Source: a virus. From it: a stretch of 64,000 nt of DNA. The DNA is taken from IMG/VR virus record IMGVR_UViG_3300022752_000024, positions 1 through 64,000 of that record. The stretch is one strand, 5' to 3'. Within the stretch, counting starts at the first letter, position 1. Each line of letters begins with the position of its first letter. Both the position numbers and the translations under genes were made by a program. Positions 18,846 to 26,755 of the stretch are shown here, one piece after another. The notes beneath the pieces were generated by a model. The model ran no database searches. It worked only from the letters and a program-made list of their open reading frames with translations, and was not told the DNA's origin.

Positions 18846-18920
18846 TGGTACACCGTAGGAGAATCGAACTCCTCTTACCGCCGTGAAAGGGCAGTGTCCT
18901 AACCGATAGACGAACGGTGC
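18846..18920 (-). tRNA. tRNA-Glu(TTC)
   Basis: GCACCGT/ACGGTGT acceptor, CTGCC-CTTTCAC-GGCGG arm, GTTCGATTC, CCA. Confidence 0.93.
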
Positions 18921-18937
18921 TTAACTACTGAGAACAT

Positions 18938-18966
18938 ATTATATAACAACTAGGAAGATTTGTCAA
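18938..18966 (-). promoter_or_regulatory. consensus sigma70 promoter for tRNA-Glu, the structured RNA and tRNA-Ser
   Basis: Perfect TTGACA-17nt-TATAAT. Confidence 0.85.
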
Positions 18967-19011
18967 GGGTGTTGTATATAAACAACATGTTGCTATTTTT
19001 GCACTTCAATA

Positions 19012-19086
19012 TGGCCTCGGTGTACGGATTCGAACCGCAACTGACGGTTTTGGAGACCGCGGTGCTGCCAATTACACCACACCGAG
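19012..19086 (-). tRNA. tRNA-Trp(CCA)
   Basis: CTCGGTG/CACCGAG acceptor, GCGGT-CTCCAAA-ACCGT arm, GGTTCGAATCC, G discriminator, CCA. Confidence 0.92.
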
Positions 19087-19233
19087 ATTGTTTTGCTTCT
19101 TTTTTTCACAAACACATGTTTTACATTTGCATTCAGAAGGTTTCTTCTTGAAAATATTATCCCAATTATTTTGATATGTCTTTTGATCGACACTAAAAGG
19201 TCTAGGATTACTTCCTTTGCCACCATCGCTCAT
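19072..19233 (-). CDS. small protein (53 aa) overlapping the 5' end of tRNA-Trp
   Basis: Read by hand: MSDGGKGSNPRPFSVDQKTYQNNWDNIFKKKPSECKCKTCVCEKKKQNNLGVV*; ATG 1 nt after the upstream stop. Confidence 0.65.
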   Translation of the reverse strand: MSDGGKGSNPRPFSVDQKTYQNNWDNIFKKKPSECKCKTCVCEKKKQNNLGVV

Positions 19234-19234
19234 A

Positions 19235-19468
19235 TTACCATTTAACCTTCATAGAAATATATGTTCCAACAAATGCTCCTAGTAACGCAGGAATTAACAT
19301 CATATGATCTTTTGTATAACTAATTATTGCAACACTTGATGCAAACGTAACAACAACTGCCCAAAGACTTGCTCTTATAGGATATTCTTTAGTAATTGAT
19401 TGTAGGTAATATGTATTAACTACATCTAAAGCTAAAACTGCAAAAAAAGTACAAAGGTAATCGTACAT
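19235..19468 (-). CDS. small multi-pass membrane protein
   Basis: Three hydrophobic segments; GAGG SD. Confidence 0.7.
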   Translation of the reverse strand: MYDYLCTFFAVLALDVVNTYYLQSITKEYPIRASLWAVVVTFASSVAIISYTKDHMMLIPALLGAFVGTYISMKVKW

Positions 19469-19487
19469 AAGATCCTCTAATATAAAC

Positions 19488-19561
19488 TGGAGCGGGATAT
19501 CAGAATCGAACTGATGACTAGAGCTTGGAAGGCTTTCGTTTTACCATTAAACTAATCCCGC
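19488..19561 (-). tRNA. tRNA-Gly(TCC)
   Basis: GCGGGAT/ATCCCGC acceptor, CTTCCAA loop, GTTCGATTC, T discriminator, CCA. Confidence 0.93.
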
Positions 19562-19569
19562 ACAAACTT

Positions 19570-20073
19570 TCACTTCCATGCAATAGAAATATTCTTGATT
19601 GGAGAATGCGGATCTTTAAAATCGGAAAATATTTCCCACAAAGAATTATTTACTGCAAACTTATAAAGTAGACCAGTTTCTCTTCCAAATGCATCTATTT
19701 CCCATGGATGATTCCAATAATCTACTTTTTTAGAATTAATTTTTTTACCTCTCCAGATAGTCAAACTATCATTAGTTTCATTCATAATATATTGTTTGAC
19801 ATGCACCATTTCATGTGCCAAGGTTTCAAGAATATTACGAGCACCTATGCCGGAATGAATCTCTATTAAAAACTTTCTAGGTAAATTTTTAGAATTGAAT
19901 CCTACAATACTCGCATAACCATAATCTTTTATTTCTGAAGTAAACTTTATAGTAATTTGGCAGTTATTTCTTACTCTAGTATTTGATATCAATTCCTGTG
20001 AAAAAAACTGGGCTGCCTCTAAGACAAAAGGTTTAAAGTCTTTATCTGGACAACCAAGTATTCTAAACTGCAT
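19570..20073 (-). CDS. HExxH zinc metallopeptidase-like protein
   Basis: LAHEMVHVKQY and PWEIDA motifs; TATAAATA at 20102-20109 upstream. Confidence 0.75.
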   Translation of the reverse strand: MQFRILGCPDKDFKPFVLEAAQFFSQELISNTRVRNNCQITIKFTSEIKDYGYASIVGFNSKNLPRKFLIEIHSGIGARNILETLAHEMVHVKQYIMNETNDSLTIWRGKKINSKKVDYWNHPWEIDAFGRETGLLYKFAVNNSLWEIFSDFKDPHSPIKNISIAWK

Positions 20074-20104
20074 GGGAATTCCCAGGAGTAGGTAGTTTCC
20101 ATAT

Positions 20105-20476
20105 TTATACTACGCCTTCTACAGCATCTCGATATAAAGTTCTTATGTCGATATTCTTTGGTGAAAAAAACCTCTCTATGACCTTTTTGACGGTCTTAGT
20201 ATCATAATCTTTACATGAAAACACATCAAGATATAGATCACCATTGAGGTCTAAAAAGTGACCAACGATACTAGAAGTCTCAATTAGCTGAATAACAGTC
20301 CATCCTGCTTTTTCTGTATTATCTGCAAAATGTACGAGTTGTGGTGCACCATATGGTACCATTTTTATTTCTCTAACTAGTTCTTGTACGAAATCTGCAA
20401 TAATAACAGGATCTTTTGCCTTTGCAAGATCACAACCAAGAACATCAATTACAGCATGTTTGCCCCAAAAATTCAT
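20105..20476 (-). CDS. speD: S-adenosylmethionine decarboxylase proenzyme
   Basis: GKHAVID, IQLIETSSIVGHF (self-cleavage region), YLDVFSCK. Confidence 0.85.
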   Translation of the reverse strand: MNFWGKHAVIDVLGCDLAKAKDPVIIADFVQELVREIKMVPYGAPQLVHFADNTEKAGWTVIQLIETSSIVGHFLDLNGDLYLDVFSCKDYDTKTVKKVIERFFSPKNIDIRTLYRDAVEGVV

Positions 20477-20898
20477 ACTTTCTCCATTATTATTCCACAC
20501 TCGATTAAAAATGTAATTCCATCAGAACCTCGAGGATAATCATTTTCATAATATACTTTTGTAATTCCAGCAGTATATATCTGTTTAGCACAATCTATAC
20601 AAGGAGCATGAGTGAGGAACATAACAGCATCTTTACCGGATTCTGTAGATTTTGCTAATTTGGCTATTGCATTAGCTTCCGCATGAATTACTTCTGGTTT
20701 TGTTTTTAATGATCCATCTTCGAGAACATCTTCACATATATTAGACCAACCTGATGGCATACCATTATATCCAATAGAAATAATTCTATCATCTTTAACT
20801 ACAATAGCACCAACATGTAATCTTTTAGCGGAAGATAACTCAGCAAATCGCCTTGCAACATCCATGTATGCTCTAATGTATTTTTGTTTCATATTCAT
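20473..20898 (-). CDS. cd: dCMP deaminase
   Basis: VGAIVV, GYNGMP, HAEANAI and PCIDC Zn motifs. Confidence 0.93.
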   Translation of the reverse strand: MNMKQKYIRAYMDVARRFAELSSAKRLHVGAIVVKDDRIISIGYNGMPSGWSNICEDVLEDGSLKTKPEVIHAEANAIAKLAKSTESGKDAVMFLTHAPCIDCAKQIYTAGITKVYYENDYPRGSDGITFLIECGIIMEKV

Positions 20899-20911
20899 AG
20901 TATTTTATAGT

Positions 20912-20986
20912 TGGTCCGCCTGCCAGGACTCGAACCTGGAATGATAGCTTAGAAGGCTATGAGTATATCCCTTTACTTACAGGCAG
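20912..20986 (-). tRNA. tRNA-Arg(TCT)
   Basis: CTGCCTG/CAGGCGG acceptor, ATAGC-CTTCTAA-GCTAT arm, GGTTCGAGTCC, CCA. Confidence 0.92.
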
Positions 20987-21271
20987 TTATTCTTTATATT
21001 GTACTTTATTAATAAAATCAAATTTCTGTTCGTCTGTCCAACTCTTTAAATACTCATTATCAACATCAAATAATTCCAAATATTCGCTATCAGTATCTAA
21101 TTGCCAAACACTCGTGATATTTTCAGCAATATGTTTCTGTGAAAACTCTTTAAAGGTTTCTTTATTTTTTTCTAACCACAAAAATTCATCGCAAGCATGT
21201 TCTTCAGTCTCTGCTTCAACAACATAACGTATACGAAACATACTTACGGTTTCAATTAAATATTTTTTCAT
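20987..21271 (-). CDS. hypothetical protein
   Basis: 94-aa ORF, ATGA overlap. Confidence 0.7.
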   Translation of the reverse strand: MKKYLIETVSMFRIRYVVEAETEEHACDEFLWLEKNKETFKEFSQKHIAENITSVWQLDTDSEYLELFDVDNEYLKSWTDEQKFDFINKVQYKE

Positions 21272-21483
21272 ACTAGTCTTTCATCTGTACCAAACATATC
21301 ACGAACAATCTTATCTTTAATCATTGAGGGAACACTTTGATATGGCCATTCTAACCAAAAAGGACAACCATTTTTCCATTTACTATTACGAATGAAATAG
21401 CCATATGCTTCTAAATCTTTCTTATTTTTAGGATTAAAAATTCTTCGACTGTACATGGCTTGGGATAATCTATTTAAAATCAT
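21268..21483 (-). CDS. hypothetical protein
   Basis: 71-aa ORF with CPFWLEWPY, ATGA overlap. Confidence 0.7.
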   Translation of the reverse strand: MILNRLSQAMYSRRIFNPKNKKDLEAYGYFIRNSKWKNGCPFWLEWPYQSVPSMIKDKIVRDMFGTDERLV

Positions 21484-21680
21484 TTGATATACTCCAGGTT
21501 ATCTTTACGCATATAAAAAACTTTTGGCGTATCTGTTATTTCTTTAATAATTGGAAGAAAAGCAACACCATCAATGTCCTTTGTAGGCCAATGAGAGTAG
21601 GTATAATAGGTCTCATCGATATGGAGTCGATTGCGAACCTTCTGTAAGATTTCTTTTGGTTTATGATAAGTTTTTTTCAT
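21480..21680 (-). CDS. hypothetical early protein
   Basis: 66-aa ORF directly after a sigma70 promoter. Confidence 0.65.
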   Translation of the reverse strand: MKKTYHKPKEILQKVRNRLHIDETYYTYSHWPTKDIDGVAFLPIIKEITDTPKVFYMRKDNLEYIK

Positions 21681-21689
21681 GATGTACGT

Positions 21690-21718
21690 ATTCTATCACA
21701 GGTAGCACTATATGTCAA
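21690..21718 (-). promoter_or_regulatory. sigma70 promoter
   Basis: TTGACA-17nt-TAGAAT with extended TG. Confidence 0.75.
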
Positions 21719-21720
21719 TA

Positions 21721-21741
21721 GGTGGGGCATTGCACCCCACC
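21721..21741 (-). terminator. GC-rich hairpin after hsp20 (probable terminator)
   Basis: GGTGGGG..CCCCACC stem; weak U tract. Confidence 0.55.
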
Positions 21742-21752
21742 ATTATTACCAG

Positions 21753-22208
21753 TTATTCGGATTTGGTATTTGTAGAATCTTTTATTGCGATCTTCTTAAT
21801 AGATTCTTGAGCTTGGTACATATTTTCTAGCCAAACTTTTAGCATACCATTAACCATTTCAGCATCTTTAATTTCCACTTTATCCGCAAGGGTAAAAGTA
21901 CGCTGAAATCCACGATTTGCAATTCCTTTAAATATGTAATCCTGTTCGTCATTATCTTGAGATGCTCCCTTGATAATTAGCTTATTACCTTCTACGGTAA
22001 TCTCAATATCAGACTTAGTTAAGCCAGCAACTGCCATTTCAATGACATATCTATTGTCTTGTACTTTTTTGATATTGTATGGTGGCCAGTTTGAAGCATT
22101 TTTAGCCAAGTTGTTTGATGCATCTTGAAGCTGGTCAAATAGCTTGTCGAAACCAACAGTAAAGGGATCGTATGTGGAACGGGTAGGGAATATATTGGTA
22201 AGAGTCAT
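21753..22208 (-). CDS. small heat-shock protein (Hsp20, IbpA-like)
   Basis: WPPYNI, IEMAVAG, GIANRGFQRTFTLA, NGMLKV; AAGGAG SD; TATAAATA at 22269-22276. Confidence 0.93.
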   Translation of the reverse strand: MTLTNIFPTRSTYDPFTVGFDKLFDQLQDASNNLAKNASNWPPYNIKKVQDNRYVIEMAVAGLTKSDIEITVEGNKLIIKGASQDNDEQDYIFKGIANRGFQRTFTLADKVEIKDAEMVNGMLKVWLENMYQAQESIKKIAIKDSTNTKSE

Positions 22209-22295
22209 AAAAGTCTCCTTAGTTAAGCGAGTTAATAAAAGTGTAGACCCCAAAGGCATCTACACTCATATTTATATCATACTAGAGAAACTTTG

Positions 22296-22700
22296 TCAAT
22301 CTTTATATACTTTCTTGCCAATATTGTATTTAGGTACCAATTCCCACTCATCCTTCTCACGATATCCAATAATTTTGATTTGGGATAAACTCACTTGTAA
22401 ATTTTCGATTTTCTCTGGATTTACTATAGTCAATAGTTCCCAATCTTCCAACAATAAAGCAATCGTATTCCTACGAGCTAAATCGTTTTCTGAGATATCT
22501 GTTGGTTTACCATCTAACGCAAACAATTCTTTAAAGTGTACAATATAGTACTTTCCTTGTTTGTGTAGAATATGGCAAGATTGATAGAGTAGTTTTTCTT
22601 TTTTAGATGCCACACCAATGCGAGTCAATGTTTCACGAACCTTGAGAAAATCATCTTTAGCATTCAGCGTCACTTCAATCATATCTTCTATATGAATCAT
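22296..22700 (-). CDS. regA: translational repressor RegA
   Basis: DDFLKVRETLTRIGVAS..LYQSCHILHKQGKYYIVHFKELFALDG. Confidence 0.97.
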   Translation of the reverse strand: MIHIEDMIEVTLNAKDDFLKVRETLTRIGVASKKEKLLYQSCHILHKQGKYYIVHFKELFALDGKPTDISENDLARRNTIALLLEDWELLTIVNPEKIENLQVSLSQIKIIGYREKDEWELVPKYNIGKKVYKD

Positions 22701-23089
22701 TATTTTGTCACTCCGCCTTTATCTATTTTTGTTTTTATATAAGCGATTTGTTCTTCAGATAAGATTCGTAATGCTTCTTTAGCTTTGCTGTTGGAGTATC
22801 CAAAATACTCTTTGACACAATCTAAATTCTTATCTTGATCAAATTTTTGCCACGGTTGAAATTTCCGTTTCATTGATCTGATAGTATTTAGAAGATAATG
22901 GTATTGAAGCTTTGCATCAATGAGATGATTCTTATTCATCTCATTGGCATATAAAACACAGTCTAGGTGATATGACAATGCACGATTTACTACAAAAGGT
23001 TTATAGTCTTTCTGATCTAGTTCATCACGCAGAACGTCTTGTTTTGTCTGAAGAATGGATGGAACTATCTCTTTAAATAGATCAGGCAT
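22700..23089 (-). CDS. gp62: clamp loader small subunit
   Basis: VNRALS, YFGYSNSKAKEALRIL; between gp44 and regA. Confidence 0.92.
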   Translation of the reverse strand: MPDLFKEIVPSILQTKQDVLRDELDQKDYKPFVVNRALSYHLDCVLYANEMNKNHLIDAKLQYHYLLNTIRSMKRKFQPWQKFDQDKNLDCVKEYFGYSNSKAKEALRILSEEQIAYIKTKIDKGGVTK

Positions 23090-24024
23090 TATGCAAACTC
23101 ACATTCTACCATTATTTCTGTCAAACAAGCAACAAGATTGATTTCTTGATCCGCACAAAATGCTGCCTGATATTGATACTTTGCCAGAATTAATACTGCT
23201 TGAGGAATAGAATTTGGTTTGATGAATTCGTATGTACTATCGTAGATTTTACGATATATTCGTACAGGATCATTATCTAGGTTATTTGTGACCCATTTAC
23301 GAGCAGAAGTAAAGTCTTTACCTTTTAAAGCCTCAACTAGCTCTTGAATTTGTACATCGGAAACAGATGCAAGAATTCCGCTATCAATGTTACCAGAAAC
23401 ACCATAACGCTGAAGTTCATTAAGAATACGGCGATTATCTGGAAAATGTTTCATTATAACAGCAGCTACAACATCTTTAGAGTAAGTAATTTTCTCTTGA
23501 TCGAGAATATACTCAACTCGTTTCATAAATTGAGCAGCGAGCTTTGCTTTACTTCCATTGACTTTAAAATCAATTACAGTACAGCGAGAATGAATAGGAT
23601 CAATAATCCGATTTTTGAAATTACAAGTGAAGATGAAGGAACAATTTGAAGAAAACTCCTCGATTGCTCCACGAAGTGCGGGTTGAGTGGAATTTGGATT
23701 TAGATAATCTGCCTCATCAATGATAATGACTTTTCTACCACCAGTAAGACTTACGGATGATGCATAGTTTTTAATTTTGTTTCTAAGAACGTCAATACCT
23801 GATTCATCTGAACCATTTATAACAATAAAGTCACACCCAACCTCATTGCATAGTGCTTTTGCAATCGTTGTTTTTCCAACTCCTGCGCTACCAGACAATA
23901 GAAGGTTGGGTATTTCTTTTCGTTCGACATATTCTTTGAAAGTTTTCTTAATACTATCATGAAGAATACAGTCTTCAACTTTACGAGGACGATACTTCTC
24001 TACCCACAATAAATGGTCAATCAT
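23089..24024 (-). CDS. gp44: clamp loader large subunit
   Basis: LWVEKYRP, GSAGVGKTT, IIDEAD, SRC. Confidence 0.97.
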   Translation of the reverse strand: MIDHLLWVEKYRPRKVEDCILHDSIKKTFKEYVERKEIPNLLLSGSAGVGKTTIAKALCNEVGCDFIVINGSDESGIDVLRNKIKNYASSVSLTGGRKVIIIDEADYLNPNSTQPALRGAIEEFSSNCSFIFTCNFKNRIIDPIHSRCTVIDFKVNGSKAKLAAQFMKRVEYILDQEKITYSKDVVAAVIMKHFPDNRRILNELQRYGVSGNIDSGILASVSDVQIQELVEALKGKDFTSARKWVTNNLDNDPVRIYRKIYDSTYEFIKPNSIPQAVLILAKYQYQAAFCADQEINLVACLTEIMVECEFA

Positions 24025-24053
24025 TCACATACTCCCATAATAAAAAAAAATAA

Positions 24054-24338
24054 TTAGTCGTTGGTTTTTAGATTGAATGTCGTTTCAAACAAAGCTTCAA
24101 ATTCTTTATTTTCAACAACTTCTTTACTAAAAGATTGTCTATACTGTGCTTTAGCCATTCGATTGACAATTTTTTTAGGAATCTTCAATTCATCATAAAC
24201 GGCATTTACGATATCTTTAATTGCTTCTTTTTCAGAAGCAACTTTTTCCATACAGACATTAATTTCACTAATTGCATTACTAAGAACTTTAAGTTGGTCA
24301 TCGTTAAACGTACCATATAACGTTTGTACTACTTTCAT
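24054..24338 (-). CDS. phage DsbA-like dsDNA-binding protein
   Basis: Helical pattern EKEAIKDIV..ELKIPKKIVNRMAK..FEALFE. Confidence 0.55.
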   Translation of the reverse strand: MKVVQTLYGTFNDDQLKVLSNAISEINVCMEKVASEKEAIKDIVNAVYDELKIPKKIVNRMAKAQYRQSFSKEVVENKEFEALFETTFNLKTND

Positions 24339-24526
24339 CGCAACTCACCATTAATTTTGCCTACAACGTCTAACATAGGATCGCTAACAATAATATTTCC
24401 GTTAACTAATACAATAGCTGTTTTGTTTTTATGTTCACCTTCTGGAACAGATAAAACAGAAACAACATGAGTCGGATTAACTGCAACCGAAGAATTACTT
24501 ACTACATCCGTAACATAAATTAACAT
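24335..24526 (-). CDS. small hypothetical protein
   Basis: 63-aa beta-rich ORF (VAVNPTHVVSV), coupled to neighbours. Confidence 0.65.
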   Translation of the reverse strand: MLIYVTDVVSNSSVAVNPTHVVSVLSVPEGEHKNKTAIVLVNGNIIVSDPMLDVVGKINGELR

Positions 24527-24528
24527 AA

Positions 24529-25206
24529 TTATCCTTTAAAATTTGTTGCATCTTTTTCAGTAGTGATCCAATATTCAATGGAATCTTTAACATTTTTGAA
24601 GTGTGCTATACCTTTTGACGAAATACTAACTTGATATGCTCCAGGAATCATTTTTAGATTTTCGGTTTTAAATACGGCACAAAACTCTTTATCGGTATCT
24701 CCAAGATCAAGAGAGTTTGCATGAGCGGCATCACTGCTAGTATCAAATGATGTAATTTTCAGTTTATTTTCATTACCTATAATTGCAACATTTGGTGATT
24801 GTAATACGTTTGCAGTTCTCATAATCCAATCATAATCGTCAGATGAAAGTTCAAATGAAATTTCTACAGACGGAAGAACGATTGCCTTCTCAGGTGGAGT
24901 TACAATAAATTGTTTATCTGTCACTCGATATTTAATTTTACTACGACCACCTAGAGATTTAATATACACATGCTTATCATCAAAATCCAATTCTGACGCA
25001 TCTTTACCTAAAGACAAGACAGAGAGAAAATTTGTCAAATCATAAATTGCAAATTCTTGAGGAAATTCATCTTTCAATACTGCTTGTGCAAGAACAGTTT
25101 TTGAAGATGAAACTGTTGAGATTGTACTGCCTTGCTTAAAAAGCAAGCCAGAATTAATTGTAGAAAAATTCTTTAATACTGATAGTGTTTCATTGGAAAG
25201 CTTCAT
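24529..25206 (-). CDS. gp45: sliding clamp
   Basis: MKLSNETLSVLKNFSTIN, FAIYDL, ENLKMIPGAY. Confidence 0.96.
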   Translation of the reverse strand: MKLSNETLSVLKNFSTINSGLLFKQGSTISTVSSSKTVLAQAVLKDEFPQEFAIYDLTNFLSVLSLGKDASELDFDDKHVYIKSLGGRSKIKYRVTDKQFIVTPPEKAIVLPSVEISFELSSDDYDWIMRTANVLQSPNVAIIGNENKLKITSFDTSSDAAHANSLDLGDTDKEFCAVFKTENLKMIPGAYQVSISSKGIAHFKNVKDSIEYWITTEKDATNFKG

Positions 25207-25523
25207 TTTATTTCTCCATTATACATTGGTTCATCTTTTGAGTACAGTATATCATGTTCAAACAAAAACATCAAGCAACACATAGCATGTGCCAAGTGAT
25301 GTATGCCTGATTCTGGATCAAGTTGTTCACCTTTTCGCCATGCCCAAATATGACGTTCCATGGCATCAAAATATCTGCGTTTTGATCCAGGTACTTTTTG
25401 CCAATTGTTTCTTGCATATTTTTGAGCACCAAAGGTAAGAACTTTAACCGTCTCCTCTAACGCAAGAGGAGGAAGCAAACCAAACTCCAATTTGCCTCCG
25501 TCAAATTTAGTACCTTTTTCCAA
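25203..25523 (-). CDS. dATP/dGTP diphosphohydrolase-domain protein (DUF5664-like)
   Basis: GTKFDGGK..LLPP..VLTFGAQKYARNNW..DPESGIHHLAHAMC. Confidence 0.85.
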   Translation of the reverse strand: MEKGTKFDGGKLEFGLLPPLALEETVKVLTFGAQKYARNNWQKVPGSKRRYFDAMERHIWAWRKGEQLDPESGIHHLAHAMCCLMFLFEHDILYSKDEPMYNGEIK

Positions 25524-26321
25524 TTACATCTCTCCAACATAATTTGCAATTGCTGGCATATCACCTTGGAAATGATATGTACCAATATGAGATGTTTTTA
25601 CCCATGGACATAGATGAATCTTTCCACCAATATTTCTCCACCATTGACAGAACATATAATCTTCTGACAAGTATCTCTCGGAAGATTTATCAATTACTGT
25701 GTCAAAATATGCATGAATATAACGAGAACCATCGAAGTGTGCTTGCCCAACGTGATCTGGTTTATACTTTAGTTGTGGATAAGCTTCTGCAAACTTTGGG
25801 AAAACTTCACGATTGACCATCATGAATCCAGTACCAATTTCAAGAACTTCAAGAGGTTCTGTTACTGAGAATTGTGCAGTTCCATGTACAGGATTAAAAA
25901 CAAAATCGCCTGCAAGTTTCTCAAGTTCACCTACATCAATGGCAGGGTTTCTTGTGACAGCAGACTTAATGTTTTTCCACTTAATTGCTTTCTTTGGATA
26001 TGGTGCACCAATAACATCTTTATCTAGGGCAAGTAATGCAATAACATCTCTAGGATCAAAACTGATATCAGAATCTAAAAACAAAAGATGTGTACAGTCT
26101 GAACGATTCAAAAATTCATCTACCAAATAGTTTCTTGCTCTAGTAATCAGAGATTCATTAAACAAGAAAGAAAATTTAGTAGCAATACCATATTGCATAC
26201 ACAGACCTTGAAGGTCAAGGCAAGCTTTCATATACATCCCATGATTCATACCACCATACATTGGTGTTGCAATGAATAAGCTTTTTTTTCTTAATTCTTC
26301 TACTTTAATTGAAATTTCCAT
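25524..26321 (-). CDS. GT-A fold glycosyltransferase-like protein
   Basis: FIATPMYGG, ESLITRARN, LFLDSDI (DxD), GTGFM, LSEDYMFC. Confidence 0.8.
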   Translation of the reverse strand: MEISIKVEELRKKSLFIATPMYGGMNHGMYMKACLDLQGLCMQYGIATKFSFLFNESLITRARNYLVDEFLNRSDCTHLLFLDSDISFDPRDVIALLALDKDVIGAPYPKKAIKWKNIKSAVTRNPAIDVGELEKLAGDFVFNPVHGTAQFSVTEPLEVLEIGTGFMMVNREVFPKFAEAYPQLKYKPDHVGQAHFDGSRYIHAYFDTVIDKSSERYLSEDYMFCQWWRNIGGKIHLCPWVKTSHIGTYHFQGDMPAIANYVGEM

Positions 26322-26338
26322 TTAATCCTCATGGGTGT

Positions 26339-26366
26339 AAAAAAAGGAGACCATATGGTCTCCTTT
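26339..26366 (-). terminator. intrinsic terminator
   Basis: AAAGGAGACCATATGGTCTCCTTTTTTT. Confidence 0.8.
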
Positions 26367-26376
26367 CGATTCAAAA

Positions 26377-26646
26377 TTAACCGGCAAATGAGAAGCCGTT
26401 TTCGATTGCAGATTGAACTAACTTACGTGTAGGTGTACCCAAACGATAGAATTTAGCTTTGCTGCCATCTTGAAGCGTTTTGATATTTGTGTAGATGCAA
26501 TGACCTTCTTTGCGAAGTTCTTCAATTCGGGCAGAAACATTTTGCACACCAAAACGGCGTTGTGCTTGTTTCACGGTAAAGGTGTTGTAGCCTTCAGTTT
26601 TTTTCAAAGCAGCCAACATACGGGCTTTTGCGGATAGTTTGGTCAT
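26377..26646 (-). CDS. winged helix-turn-helix DNA-binding protein
   Basis: TVKQAQRRFGVQNVSARIEELRKEGHCI..YRLG; AGGAG SD before MTKL. Confidence 0.8.
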   Translation of the reverse strand: MTKLSAKARMLAALKKTEGYNTFTVKQAQRRFGVQNVSARIEELRKEGHCIYTNIKTLQDGSKAKFYRLGTPTRKLVQSAIENGFSFAG

Positions 26647-26709
26647 AATAAAACTCCTAATAAAAAATAATAAAAATAAAATACCTTGCAATGAATAGCA
26701 AGTTTTCAC

Positions 26710-26738
26710 ATCATAACATTATATATTAATAATGTCAA
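26710..26738 (-). promoter_or_regulatory. sigma70 promoter for the HTH gene
   Basis: TTGACA-17nt-TATGAT with extended TG. Confidence 0.75.
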
Positions 26739-26755
26739 TGAATTTTTTGGTGAAC

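Noticed and set aside
18659-19226. Track ORFs 18659-18886, 18960-19151 and 18993-19226 (also 16922-17131)
   Set aside because: They run across tRNA genes or the structured RNA and lack ribosome-binding sites
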